Of a DNA stretch of 64,000 nucleotides, positions 1 to 11,974 are shown one piece after another. Made by a program: the position numbers and the translations under genes. This DNA is from the human T2T-CHM13v2.0 reference genome, Homo sapiens. Where the stretch lies: assembly GCF_009914755.1 (NCBI RefSeq), contig NC_060947.1; one strand, 5' to 3'. Position 1 is the stretch's first letter. Every line of letters starts with the position of its first letter. The notes below the pieces were generated by a model. That model was given only the letters and a program-made list of their open reading frames with translations. It ran no database searches and had not been told where the DNA came from.

Positions 1-463
1 TAATATTGACAGTGGGGTGTTAAAATCTCCCATTATTATTGTGTGGGAGTCTACGTCTCTTTGTAGGTCTCTAAAGACTTGCTTTTTCAATCTCGGTGTT
101 CCTGTATTTGGTGCATATATATTTAGGATAGTTAGCTCTTCTTGTTGAATTGATCCCTTTACCACTATGTAATGGCCTTCTTTGTCTCTTTTGATCTTTG
201 TTGGTTTAAAGTCTGCCTTATCAGAGACTAGGATTACAACCCCTGCTTTTTTTTTTTGCTTTCTCTTTGCTTGGTAGATCTTCCTCCCTCCCTTTATTTT
301 GAGCCTATGTGTGTCTCTGCATATGAGATGGGTCTCCTGAACACAACACACTGGATGGGTCTTGACTCTTTATCCAATTTGCCAGTCTGTGTCTTCTAAT
401 TGGGGCATTTAGCCCATTTACTTTTAAGGTTAATATTGTTATGTGTGAATTTGATCCTGTCAT
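1..463 (-). pseudogene. L1 ORF2 N-terminus (endonuclease domain), disrupted
   Basis: Starts MTGSNSHITILT at 463. No long ORF in the track; apparent indels near 352 and in the T run at 247-258. Confidence 0.9.
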
Positions 464-526
464 TATGATGTTTACTGGTTATTTTGCCCGTTAGTTGATG
501 CAGTTTATTCCTAGCATTGATGTTCT

Positions 527-1533
527 TTACAATTTGGCATGTTTTTGCAGCGGCTGGTATCAGTTGTTCCTTTCCATGTTTAGTGCTTCCTTCAGGAGCC
601 CTTGTAAGGCAGGCCTGGTGGTGACAAAATCTCTCAGCATTTGCTTTTCTCCTTCACTTATGAAGCTTAGTTTGGCTGGATAGGAAATTCTGGGTTGAAA
701 ATTCTTTTCTTTAAGAATGTTGAATATTGGCCCCCACTCTCATCCGGCTTGTAGAGTTTCTGCTGAGAGATCCACTGTTAGTCTGATGGGCTTCCCTTTG
801 TGGGTAACCCGGCCTTTCTCTCTGGCTGCCCTTAATATTTTTTCCTTCATTTCAACCTTGGTGAATCTGACAATTATGTGTCTTGGGTTGCTCTTTTTGA
901 GGAGTATCTTTGTGATGTTCTCTGTATTTCCTGAATTTGAATGTTGGCCTGCCTTGCTAGCTTGGGGAAGTTCTCCTGGATAATATTCTGCAGAGTGTTT
1001 TCCAGCTTGGTTCCATTCTCCGCATCACTTTCAGGTACACCAATCAAATGTAGATTTGGTCTTTTCACATAGTCTCATATTTCTTGGAGGCTTTATTCAT
1101 TTCTTTTTACTCTTTTTTCTCTAATCTTGTCTTCTCACTTTATTTCATTAATTTGATCTTCAATCACTGACACCCTTTCTTCCACTTGATTGATTTGGCT
1201 ACTGAAGCTTGTGCATGCATCACGTAGTTCTTGTGCCATGGTTTTCAGCTTCAACAGGTCATTTAATGTCTTCTCTACACCGTTTATTCTAGTTAACCAT
1301 TTGTCTAATCTTTTTTCAAGGTTTTCAGCTTCCTTGCGAAGGGTTTGAACATCCTCCTTTAGCTCGGAGAAGTTTGTCATTATCGACCTTCTGAAGCCTA
1401 CTTCTGTCAACTCGTCAAAGTCATTGTCTGTCCAACTTTGTTTCGTTGCTGGTGAGGAGCTGCGATCCTTTGGAGGAGAAGAGGTGCTCTTGTTGTTAGA
1501 ATTTTCAGCTTTTCTGCTCTGGTTTCTCCCCAT
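527..1533 (-). pseudogene. L1 ORF1p, disrupted
   Basis: ORF-track fragments 1135-1533 (coiled coil) and 874-1068 (KRPNLHLIGVPESD...IQENFP). Premature TGA at 1135-1137, consistent with CGA>TGA decay. About 18 bp deleted near 645. Terminal TAA at 527-529. Confidence 0.93.
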
Positions 1534-2565
1534 CTTTGTGGTTTTATCTACCTTTGGTCTTTGATGTTGGTGACCTACAGATGGGGTTTTGGTATGGATG
1601 TCCTTTTTGTTGATATTGATGCTATCCCTTTCTGTTTGTTAGTTTTCCTTCTAACAGTCAGGTCCCTCAGCTGCAGGTCTGTTGGAGTTTGCTGGAAGTC
1701 CACTCCAGATCCTGTTTGCCTGGGTATCACCAGCAGAGGCTGCAGAACAGCAAATATTGCATAACAGCAAATATTGTTGCCTGATCCTTCCTCTGGAAGC
1801 TTCATCCCAGAGGGGCACCTGTCTGTATGAGGGGTCAGTCGGCCCATACTGGGAGGTGTCTCCCAGTCAGGCTACATGGGGGTCAGGGACCCACTTGAGG
1901 AGGCAGTCTGTCTGTTCTCAGAGCTCAAACGCCACACTGGGAGAACCACTGCTCTCTTCAGAGCTGTCAGACAGGGACATTTAAGACTGCAGAAGTTTTT
2001 GTTGCCTTTTGTTCAGCTATGCTCTGCCCCCAAAGGTGGAGTCAGCAGAGGCAACAGGCCTTGCTGAGCTGTGGTGGGCGCCACCCAGTTTGAGCTTCTC
2101 CGGCTGCTTTGTTTACCTACTCAAGGCTCAGCAATGGCAGATGCCCCTTCCCCTGCCAGGCTGCTGCCTTGCAGGTTGATCTCAGACTGCTACGCTAGCA
2201 GTGAGCAAGGCTCCATGGGCGTGGGATCCTCCGAGCCAGGTGCGGGATATAATCTCCTGGAGTGCCATTTGCTAAGACCATTGGAACAGCACAGTATTTA
2301 GGCGGGACTGTCCCATTTTTCCACGTATAGTCTGTCACGGCTTCCTTTGGCTAGGAAAAGGAAATACCCCAACCCCTCGTGCTACCCAGGTGAGGCGACA
2401 CCCCACCCTGCTTTGGCTCGCCCTCCGTGGGCTGTACCCACTCTCCAACCAGTCCCAATGAGATGAACCAGGTACCTCAGTTGGAAATGCAGAAATCACC
2501 TGTCTTCTGCGTCAATCACGCTGGGAGCTGCAGACCGGAGCTGTTCCTATTCGGCCATCTTGGCT
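1534..2565. promoter_or_regulatory. L1 5'UTR: internal sense promoter (- strand) and antisense promoter (+ strand)
   Basis: About 1030-bp 5'UTR. YY1 site CAAGATGGC intact (2554-2562, - strand). Retains the ~129-bp segment (~1688-1816) that was lost in younger L1PA3-L1HS. Many CpGs have decayed, so activity is unknown. Confidence 0.75.
2134..2301 (+). CDS. L1 antisense ORF0 homologue, truncated to 55 aa
   Basis: MADAPSPARLLPCRLISDCYASSEQGSMGVGSSEPGAGYNLL... aligns by eye to L1HS ORF0 (MAGAPPPASLPPCSLISDCCASNQRDSVGVGPSEPG...). Strong Kozak context gcaATGG. Premature TAG at 2299-2301. Expression not shown. Confidence 0.6.
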   Translation: MADAPSPARLLPCRLISDCYASSEQGSMGVGSSEPGAGYNLLECHLLRPLEQHSI

Positions 2566-4262
2566 ATTTTCCGATCTTCAGAAGTTTTTTAAAAATCCTT
2601 TTTGGTTTCTTCTTTCCATAGTTTATGTCTCATTCTGCCTCCTCCTGACTGTTAAGGATAAAAATAGTTATATGTTAGTTAACAAAGTTAACATCTGTTT
2701 TTCTTCTTTCCTTAAAAGTACTTGTCACGTTCCAGAAATTATTCACTTTAGTTCCACTTGTGCCCTCAGCTTACTGATGAATTTTTAAATTTATGATTTC
2801 ACAGTGTACTTGGATTATTCTCATTGTTAGTATAAGAGTAATGGCTTTTGCAACTTTCTACATTGTAAGTATAAATCTAATATATTTTAATAAAAGAATT
2901 AGACTTGCTTCTCTAAATTGTGACATCTATGGCATCTATTAAAACCATGTATGGAGTAAATCCAGAGATTACACTAAGGTAGACCTACTTTTGAGACCAG
3001 CTCTGTACATTGTAACTTATTTCTTAAATCCTGGATAAAGAAAGTGCAGTGTGCTAAGTGAATTATTCATAATCTTAGCATAGCTCCCAAATTATGATTA
3101 AATGTAATGAAAAGTTTTTGCTAAATTTCCAATTTTTTAATTTGGTGTCAGAACTTTGCCATTAAAATTAATTTTAAGATTCAGCTCATAATTACTCTCA
3201 AGAATTAAGTCACAGATACCAGCTGTGTCCTCTAAGGCCAGCATTTTGTGATGTGAGTTGAAGCACTTTTCTCACTAGGTGAAGCATCAAAATGTCAGGG
3301 CTTGAATTAGACAACCTTAAAAAGAGAAAAACAATGAAAAATATTGCTTTTGTTGGTGGTGGTGCCTCAAAGGACCCTTACCGCTATGAGAAGTGTCTGT
3401 GAAACAAATCTGTTCATCTTTTCAATTTAACATTTTAAAATGAGTACACACCTGTCTTTTGGTTTTAGTTCCATTTGATTCTTTGCAAGTTAGGAAATCA
3501 CTAGTCCAGAGATGATATTGTCCACCGAACATACAGTGCTTATGTCTGCCTCTCTTCTTATGCAGGTCTTACCTGTCCCTCAGGATTCAGTTGACCCTAG
3601 TACACATGGATTTCTAAATCACTAGTGTGGTACTCAGATATGTATCACTGACTCTTTCATGTGGGCACATTTTCACTCAAAAAATATTTCTTTTTTGAAA
3701 GTGGAGACCTTGTCTTCTTTTGATCTGGCCCAGCCACACATCTTTCTACACATGTACACATGTGCATATGCATGTACATACACAAAAACACATAACTAAA
3801 ATACTTACTCATTATACCTGTCAGAGTCACATATTTAGTGTATAAGAATTTATGGGAGTTCATGAATTTACGATGTATTCATTACAGTTATTAAAATATA
3901 AGATTCTTTAAATCTATCATTTGCATTAACTAGGCATAAACTTAATAGTAAAATATCAAGCCTAGGCTAAACATTTTATCTGTTTTCTCTATAAACTTTT
4001 CAAAGTTACAATTTTTATTGTTTAAATACCATCATATAGATTATCAGTAAAAATATTTAAAATTGGTTTGTCTTTTATTAACTTGAACATAAAAATAAGT
4101 TTCTGGGTTGCATTTTTAAGATTTTAAAGCAACAAAGACAAACAAAATATGTGGCTATAGTTTTCTTTTAGTCATTTTTAGAATTAATATTTGCTTTCTC
4201 AAGTCCTTTATATGTTTTCCTTATCTTGACATTATGATTTTATATGGCTTGTGTTTTTCTAG

Positions 4263-4276
4263 GTTGCTATGGAAAC
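4263..4276. promoter_or_regulatory. RFX X-box-like motif GTTGCTATGGAAAC
   Basis: Close match to the palindromic RFX consensus GTTRCCATGGYAAC in non-repeat DNA. Motif match only. Confidence 0.4.
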
Positions 4277-5102
4277 AGAATTTACTCAAATTCATGTTCA
4301 TTTTTGCATTTGGTTTGATAGAAAAGGGCAGAAAGCAGATCTTTTGGGTATGTTAGGACAAGACACTGGTTTACACATTACTTTAATACAGTCACTCCCA
4401 GACAATGGTTGTGTGTCCATATATGCTGAATTAAGTAAATGGAAAGTATTCATGGTTACTGCTGCTAATAAAGGGGCTTTTGTTGCTGTAAGCAGAGAAC
4501 AATGGGCAAGTAGTCACATAACAACTCAGATTCTGAAAATCAGACGATCAGTATTTTGCCCAAAGAGCTATAGGCTATTTTCCGAAACTGGTTTGAAGTA
4601 TAAAGGAAAGGTACTTTGCATCAAACTGGCCAATATGGTAGTAGTTGTTTGGATTGCTTCCAGTACTCAGTTAGTAGTGGGTGGTTTTCAGTGGCCAATT
4701 GTTGGATGGAATTTATCTAGTTATATATAAGCTCAGTCTCAAGATGTATTTGGTTCCTGGTATCTATCTACAAGGCTTCTCCAGGGATGCTTTAGCTGAA
4801 TACAGGCAGAATGACAGTTGACTGTTTCTTGATTTCTGGGACTTCTGTGGGTTAGTGGTTGAGGATAGGAATTAACTTTATCACTTGTAGAGAGAAACAA
4901 TAACAATGCTGACTGCCACTACCGCAAAGAAAATTAGAATTAATTAGAAAAGACACCAACCCTAGCTAACTTCTTGTTTCCTTTTATTATAGAAGAAGCA
5001 ATTTAAGAATATCAAAATGCTGGGAGAATGCTGGGAGAAGCCTTTTGAAGCCTTCTTTTAATGTAAAGTAGACCAATTGAATTAGATTTCAGATTCTCTC
5101 CC

Positions 5103-5384
5103 TTTTTTTTTTTTTTTTTTTTTTTTTGAGATGGAGTCTCACTCTGTTTCCCAGGCTGGAGTGCAATGGCGCAATCTCAGCTTGGCGCAATCTCGGCTCT
5201 CCGCAACCGCTGCCTCCTAGGTTCAAGAGATTCTCCTGCCTCAGCCTCCTGAATAGCTGGGGTTACAGGCGCCCACCACCACCCCCGGCTAATTTTTTGT
5301 ATTTTTAGTAGAGACGGGGTTTCACTATGTTGGCCAGGCTGGTCTCGAACTCCTGACCTCGTGATCCACCCACCTCAGCCTCCC
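5103..5384 (-). mobile_element. AluS (Sg-like), slightly 5'-truncated
   Basis: PolyT at 5103-5127 followed by antisense Alu. TSD CAGATTCT at 5090-5097 and 5385-5392. Internal 16-bp tandem duplication at 5167-5198. Confidence 0.97.
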
Positions 5385-6189
5385 CAGATTCTTTATTTTG
5401 GTATCCCATTGAGCCCCCTTTCATAAAGTCTTATAAACAAAGGTGTAGATACAATCTAGAAAATCTAGTGATTTTCTAGAATTAAACACATGGAAGAATT
5501 ACATTATGAGACTATTTCTGGTTATGATTTCTGTACTACTTTTATTGGCTTATAATTTAGATGAGTGATAATTTGGCTGAATTTTAAAAGTTATCAATAT
5601 TGGAAACTGGTTTTAGTGTACATATTTTCTCGTATGGTTTTAGAAAGATTCTAAAATTAAATAACTTTCCTGATCTTATTGATTTCTGTAGCTAAAGCTT
5701 TAATTCGCAAATTCCCAAAGTGGCCAGAAGCAGTGACTTTAGGTGTAGAGGTTCTGAGCCCTCCTAAAATGGTATCCTAAGGAAAGGGAACCATCTGAAA
5801 TGGTTGCAAAGAACTCTGCTGAACAAGAAACAATTGCCCGTGGCTGTGAAAATGACCAAGATAGATCAACAAAGTTAGCAATATGAAACATATTTACCTG
5901 GAGGATGCAAAGGGATACTGCATTTTATGAAGATAACAGTGGGCAGAGACTCCAGCAGAATCAATATGTAGACCACTTAATTCTTGCAGCTGACTTGGTT
6001 GGCTTTGGCCTTGACAAACCTGCACCAATTCTGTGAAGATAAAGTAGCACTGGTGTCATCACGGTATAAGAACAGGTAACATAAAGGGTGGGGAGGATGG
6101 GACTTCCCTGAGGAAGTGTCCAGTGGTAAAATCTGAGTGAGAGTGGTAGACACATGGATGAGCATGCATAGTTTAAACAACTCAATTGT

Positions 6190-6488
6190 CTATGGTGGTT
6201 GAGGGGTCTCCTCCTGCTGAGATTCCAGAGGCCTTTTGTGAGAGTGGATTGCTCCTCACCAGTTCAACTCACCCATTCCTCCAGACTCGTCGGGGGTCAG
6301 GAACAAGTCCCAATGCATGGTAGCCCCATACAGCATTCCCAGCTTCCTCCTCCTTCAGCCAAGCTTCTGTGTTCTTCCCTCTTTCCACACTCAGTGCCTT
6401 CTTTCTGAAGATCTGTTAGGAGTGCACCAATCATCCTTGTCACTCAGTGGCAGCTGTTCTACCTGGCTGCATCTAGTCAGCCATCCTG
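6190..6488 (-). mobile_element. Isolated 5'-end fragment of an old primate L1 (L1PA13-16/L1PB type)
   Basis: Ends ...ctggctgcatctagtcagccatcctg, the reverse complement of the CAAGATGGCTGACTAGATGCAGCCAG-type L1 5' terminus. A similar terminus is seen at 52255-52280. Confidence 0.65.
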
Positions 6489-6496
6489 CGTGGCTC

Positions 6497-6716
6497 CCTA
6501 GCAACCTTTTTCTGTAAAAGTCCAAATAGCTAATATTAAAATATTAATATTCTCAAGACATACAGCCCATGTCCCCACTACTCAAGTCTCCTGCTGTGGC
6601 ATGGAAGCAGCCATAGACAATACATAAACAAATGGATGTGGTTGTGTTCCAGTTAAACTTTATTTACAAAAATGCTGCAGTGAGATTTGGCCCAGGCTGC
6701 AGCTAGCTGACTTCTA
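6497..6716 (+). mobile_element. MER58A (hAT-Charlie MITE)
   Basis: Matches the remembered consensus blocks AAGCAGCCATAGACAATAC and GTGTTCCA-T-AAACTTTATTTACAAAAA; about 220 bp. Confidence 0.85.
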
Positions 6717-7111
6717 CCATAAAATCAAAGGCCTGGGAATAACATGCTCTAAACAGGCAAGGGCAAATTTAGTATATAACCCAGTTTTGCCTTTTTACAT
6801 GAGCAAATAAACCCTTCTTTAGTTAGCTCTCTCTTCTTCCTTCACTCCAGTTCTTGCTTCATAGTTTAAAGGCAGTTTTAGAAAGTTCCTTGTAGAGTGT
6901 TGAACTCTAGTGGGAATTCTACAGCTCTAAAAATATGGCATATTAGTCAGGGTTCTCTAAAGGGACAGGACTAATAGGAAAGATGTATATATGAAAGGAA
7001 GTTTATTAAGGAGTATTGACTCACACGATCACAAGGTGAAGTCCCACAGTACGCTGTCTGCAAGCTGAGGAACAAGGAAGCCAGTCCGCGTCTCAAAACC
7101 TCAAAAATAGG

Positions 7112-7459
<348 letters not shown>

Positions 7460-7563
7460 CTAGAGTCCCCGGCAAATCACTGGTGTAGGTTCAAGAGTCC
7501 AAAAGCTGAAGAATATGGAGTCCGATGTTCGAAGGCAGGAGGCATCCAGCACAGGAGAAAGAT

Positions 7564-7932
7564 TGTATTAGCCTGTTTTCACGCTGCTGACAAAGACATA
7601 CCTGAGACTGGGCAATTTACTAAAGAAAGAGGTTTAATGGATTTACAGTTCCACATGGCTGGGGAGGCCTCACAATTATGGCAGAAGGCAAGGAGGAGCA
7701 AGTCACATCTTACATGGATGGCAGCAGGCAAAGAGAGAGCTTGTGCAGGGAAACTCCTGTTTTTAAAACCATCAGATTTCATGAGACTCATACACTATTA
7801 TGAGAACAATGCAGGAAATACCTGCCCCTGTAATTCAGTCACCTCCCACCGGGCTCCTTCTATGACACGTGGGAATTGTGGGAGTTACAATTCAAGATAA
7901 GATTTGGGTGGTCACACAGCCAAACCATATCA
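7564..7932 (-). mobile_element. THE1 (B/C-like) MaLR solo LTR inserted in MLT2A2
   Basis: TG...CA termini, 369 bp, perfect 5-bp TSD AAGAT at 7559-7563 and 7933-7937. Confidence 0.96.
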
Positions 7933-8419
7933 AAGATGAAGGCTGGAAGACAGCCAGTCTAGTCCTTCCATGTTCCTCTGCCTGCTTTTATCCTAGCCAC
8001 ACTGGCAGCTGATTAGATAGTGCCCACCCAGATTGAGAGTGGGTCTGCCTCTCCTATTCCACTGACTCAAATGTTAATCTCCTTTGGCAACACCCTCATA
8101 GACACACCCAGGAACAATACTTTGCATCCTTCAATTCAATCAAGTTGACAATATTAGCCATCACAAATTGTGTCACCTTAAAGTCTTTTCTAGGGTAACC
8201 CAATTAAATAAACGATTAAGGATACACTAAGTGCCTGCTGGAAAAGCAAACTTAAGCCTACATAGGTGACTCAGAGTGGCATTCTACCCAACACCAACTG
8301 AGCTTCAGGGGGCCCTCATGAGGCTCTACAAGGATGTTGGTTGCAAAGAGACTTCTGAATGCTATTATTTCAACTTGACCTGTCCTGATTTTCCTACTCC
8401 AGGCTCAGCTGGCCTTGAA

Positions 8420-8615
8420 ATGTGGTATAGCAAGAAAAACATGAGTATGCATTTCAGCTCTAAAATGTAGTAGATGTATGACTTGGTTACTTATCCTATC
8501 TGTGCCCCCAGTTCCGTCATCTGTAAAGTAGTAATGATCAAAGCCATTTCACAAGATTGTTGTGAGGATTAAATAATATAAAACATATGAAGTACATAGA
8601 GCTCAGTGTTTGGAA
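8420..8615 (+). mobile_element. MIR SINE
   Basis: MIR core cagttccgtcatctgtaaagta and gttgtgaggattaaat. Confidence 0.8.
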
Positions 8616-8619
8616 ATTA

Positions 8620-8772
8620 CACATATATAATTTATAATACCACATACATTTTATTATATTTTAGCTAGATATAGTATAGCTATGTATACTATATCTATGT
8701 ATTATATATTTATTAAATTATATATTATATATTATTTCCAAGCATATATATGTATAACTCTAATATATAAAT
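8620..8772. repeat. AT-rich, (TA)-like low-complexity tract
   Basis: Degenerate TATA/TTATA runs. Confidence 0.7.
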
Positions 8773-8853
8773 TAACTCAAAAGTCTGTTTTATTCAATTC
8801 TTACTTATCTCTGATTTCTGTAACCATGGCAATGACTTAACTAAACTGAAATA

Positions 8854-9361
8854 CAGTTGACCCTTGAACAACATGGGTTTCAACTGGGCAGGACCACTTA
8901 TATGCAAATTTTTAAAATAAAAGTTGCACCAAGTGTGCCTGTCTTTCTTGCCTCTCCTTCCACCTCCTCCATCTCTTCCATCTCTGCCACTCCTGAGACA
9001 GCAAGATTAGCCCCTTCTCTCCTCCTCCACCTCAGCTTATTCAACATGAAGATGATGAAGAGGCTGAAGTCCTTTATGATAATCCACTTCCACTTGATGA
9101 ATAGTCAATATATTTTCTCTTCCTTATGATTTTATAAATAATATTTTCTTTTATGTAGCTTACTTTATTGTAAGAATATACAGTATATAATAAATATAAC
9201 ATATAAAATATATGTTAATCAACTGCTTTTATTATTGGGAAGGCTTCTGGTCAACAGTGGGCTATTAGTAGTTCAGTTTTTAGGGAGCCAAAAGTTATAC
9301 ACAGGTTTTTGACTGTATTGGGGTTGGTACCCAAATCCCTGTATTGTTTAAGGGTCAACTG
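8854..9361 (+). mobile_element. Tigger2-family non-autonomous DNA transposon (Tigger2a/2b/MER28-like)
   Basis: TIRs CAGTTGACCCTTGAACAA and TTGTTTAAGGGTCAACTG, with TA TSDs at 8852-8853 and 9362-9363. Confidence 0.93.
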
Positions 9362-9489
9362 TATTCACCAAGTTACTAGGTAATGATGTTATTCTATACT
9401 CCTGAATCAGTAGATCAAGATGAACTAGGTTGTCAGTATGTTTAAAATAAACATGAAGATTTAGAAAGTGCACTTGGTGCCTGTTTGGG

Positions 9490-9840
9490 ATTCAGTTTAT
9501 GCCTGGCCACATGGAAGGTATGTGCCTACATGAATAGCTTCCTTTAAGAACTTTGAATTATAAGACTCAAGTGACCTTTCCTGGTCAAGGATACCTCCCA
9601 ATTATCCCTGAAGTTCACAGCTGGAGAGAAAAAAAGCATCCATGCAATCCTAACAGAGGGAAGATAAGAAAGTTTGTTTTTAACTTCTCTACCTTTTGCC
9701 TATGGATATCTTTTTCTTGATGTTCTTACACTGTATCCTTTGCTGTAGTAAATCTTAGCCATGAGTATAGCTTTATATGGAGCTGTGCGAAGTCCTTCTA
9801 GTAAATCACGACCTCATGGGTGGTCATGGAACCCTTTAGA
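9490..9840 (+). mobile_element. Old ERVL-class LTR fragment (MER21/MER68/MER77-like)
   Basis: 3' block tgtatcctttgctgtagtaaatcttagccatgagtata...gtccttctagtaaatca resembles this LTR group. Confidence 0.6.
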
Positions 9841-9848
9841 TGTGAGCG

Positions 9849-10023
9849 CTATCTATCTACCTAGTCTATCTAGTTATATTACATCTATCTATCAATCAAC
9901 CAATTAATATATCCACCCATCTATACATTTATTTATCTGGTAATACATACTATGGAATGCCTTGTAGCCATCAAAAACAATGAAGTCTATCTATTTATTC
10001 ATATATATATATATATATGTATA
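9849..10023. repeat. Degenerate (TCTA)n and (TA)n simple repeats around a short L1M 3' relic
   Basis: ctatctatctacctagtctatcta...; (AT)n at 10002-10023. Confidence 0.65.
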
Positions 10024-11094
10024 TTTTTCCTTTTTTCAGCCAAGAAAGCCTATAATGTGGCAATGTAGTCACCAGTTTGCTTCCAGGACCTACATTGATT
10101 GAAAGTCCAGAGGGTGCTCAAACAACTATTACTCTGCTTTGCCTCGTGCATTAGAGTGATGATAATAATGGACTAGGAGCTTGGACACCTGGACTCTAAT
10201 ATTATGTAAATCATATATAGAAACCGGGTAAAAGGACCAAATTAACAAGTAAAAGAGATGTAGGTAATGTTCAGATACTGCCCTACACTCCATGAAAGTG
10301 CTTTTCAGAAAGGTTAGAGAAGATACAGGTATGATCTCATGTTCAGAAACTTTGAAAATATGATGGCTCAAAAGGAATAACAAATTCTGAAAATTGTAAA
10401 TTATGCAAATACAAGAGGAAGAAGGAGAGAAAATAATGGTTGAGCTTAGATTAACAGAACATGAGAGAAACAGATGGCGTGAGGTTGTTGGTGATAACAC
10501 ATAATCAAGGATGGGTTCAATGAATGCATGGATTTTCCATGAGGATTAAAGTCTAGAATAAGCTCAAGCTTAAAGTGGCAAGCACAAGAAAAGCAGCTGT
10601 TTCACCTATGTTCATAGATGTAAGATAAAAAGGGCAAGGCACTTCACAGGGCAGATGATATGATATTAGCAGTTAACAGAGAAGGGATCTCTGTTATGCC
10701 AGCTTTTGTTTTCACCTTCATTAAGGCAAATGTTCTTCAAACTTAAAGCACATAGCAGATATCAGAGACAGAGAGTGATTAATTGGTGAGGAAAAACTGA
10801 TATAAGAGAATCTGGAGCTGGAATTGCTGGCAATATTAGCTATGCCAGGGAATACACATTAGGGAAATGTTGTCAACAGATTATATGTTGCTGTACAGAA
10901 AGCAATGACAAGGTGCCCCACTTGTCCTCAGCTGATGACTGGCTTGTCTTCAAGTAATACCTGCATCGCCCTCCTAACTCCAAACCTATATGTGGCCATC
11001 CTAACTTCCATTTCTTCTGTGTCAGATGACAAGATATTTTTCTTCTTAGTCTATTGATGATATATTCTTGATTTTCCCAAATACCTTGTTTTAT

Positions 11095-11960
11095 TTACTT
11101 ATTCATTCACTGATTCATTTAATAGATGTATTCTTCAGACATTGTTCTAGTTGCTGAGAACACAGTGGCAAACAAGACAAAGATATGTTTCTCATGGAAC
11201 TTGTCTTCTAACGAAGGAAAAAGACAATGAATTAGAAAACAAATAAATATACAATATAATTTCAGATCTTGGAGGTATCATGAAGGACATAAAATAAGGA
11301 GATATACAAGAACATGATATGGTGCTGATAACCTATTTTAGATATGCTGGTCTCAAAAGGTCTGTCTGAGGAGATAACATTTGAGCTGAGACCCAAGGAG
11401 GCAAGTATATAAAGGGCTGAGAGAATTACAAATGCACCGATCGGGGTAGAAATGAGGTTGACATTAGAGGAACAGAAAGAAGACCAGTGCATTCAAGTCT
11501 AGTGAGCACTTGGAAGAGTGATGTAAGGTGAAGTTGAGAGGTCAATAGAGACCATATCAGATAGGGCCCTGTAGAATATAGAATATGGATTTTATTGTAA
11601 TACTTTAGAAAGGCATTTGAGTTATAATATATTTTAAAGACACTTTTAGTTCCTACATGGAAAATGAATTATGGGAGAGTGCAAAAGTAAAAACAGGTAG
11701 AAAAATTAGAAGGTTTTTCCCGTCTAGGTCTGAGATGTAGGTAGCCTGGATGAGAGTGAATTACTACATAAAGTGATTGGTTTTGGATTTTACTTGGAGA
11801 TGGAGTGACAGGACTTTTTAATGAATTGCATGTCTTCTAGATTTTTTGACTTGAGCAACTGGAGGGGTGATATTTTATGAGATGGGAAAGACAATAGCTT
11901 GAGAGTGATGTGAGGAAAGGAGGAAAGAAGAACAGGTTTGGAAGGATAAAATAAGTGTAA
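11095..11960 (-). mobile_element. LINE-2 3' region
   Basis: attcattca tail, followed by the L2 antisense blocks aacaagacaa..ctcatggaactt, acatttgagctgagacc and tttttgacttgagcaactgg. Confidence 0.85.
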
Positions 11961-11974
11961 AGTCAGATGTCATT

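Larger units (their letters stand above)
1..2565 (-). mobile_element. LINE-1, L1PA5/PA6-like: 5'UTR, ORF1 and start of ORF2; continues beyond the left window edge
   Basis: 2516-2565 is the reverse complement of the L1PA 5' terminus (AGCCAAGATGGCCGAATAGGAACAGCTCCGGTC). ORF1p begins MGRNQSRKAENS at 1533. A 63-nt spacer (464-526) precedes the ORF2 start ATGACAGGATCAAATTCACAC at 463. Confidence 0.97.

Noticed and set aside
1741-1780. Tandem AACAGCAAATATTG x2 in the L1 5'UTR
   Set aside because: I recall this as a feature of the L1PA5/6 consensus rather than something specific to this copy.
3588-3612. CAGTTGACCCT resembling a Tigger2 TIR
   Set aside because: Only about 11 bp match, with no TA TSD and no partner TIR.
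5126-5308. Alu-derived ORFs (also 7205-7396, 24232-24450, 52629-52853, 62939-63130)
   Set aside because: These are typical antisense-Alu translations such as [10 protein letters not shown] and [10 protein letters not shown].
5990-6075. Possible + strand 86-nt exon (ttcttgcAG ... CAG|GTAACA)
   Set aside because: The pyrimidine tract is short and the peptide is unrecognised, so it is indistinguishable from a pseudo-exon without RNA data.
10129-10500. 123-aa - strand ORF
   Set aside because: Non-ATG start and Leu/Ser/Phe-rich composition from a purine-rich opposite strand; no homology recognised.
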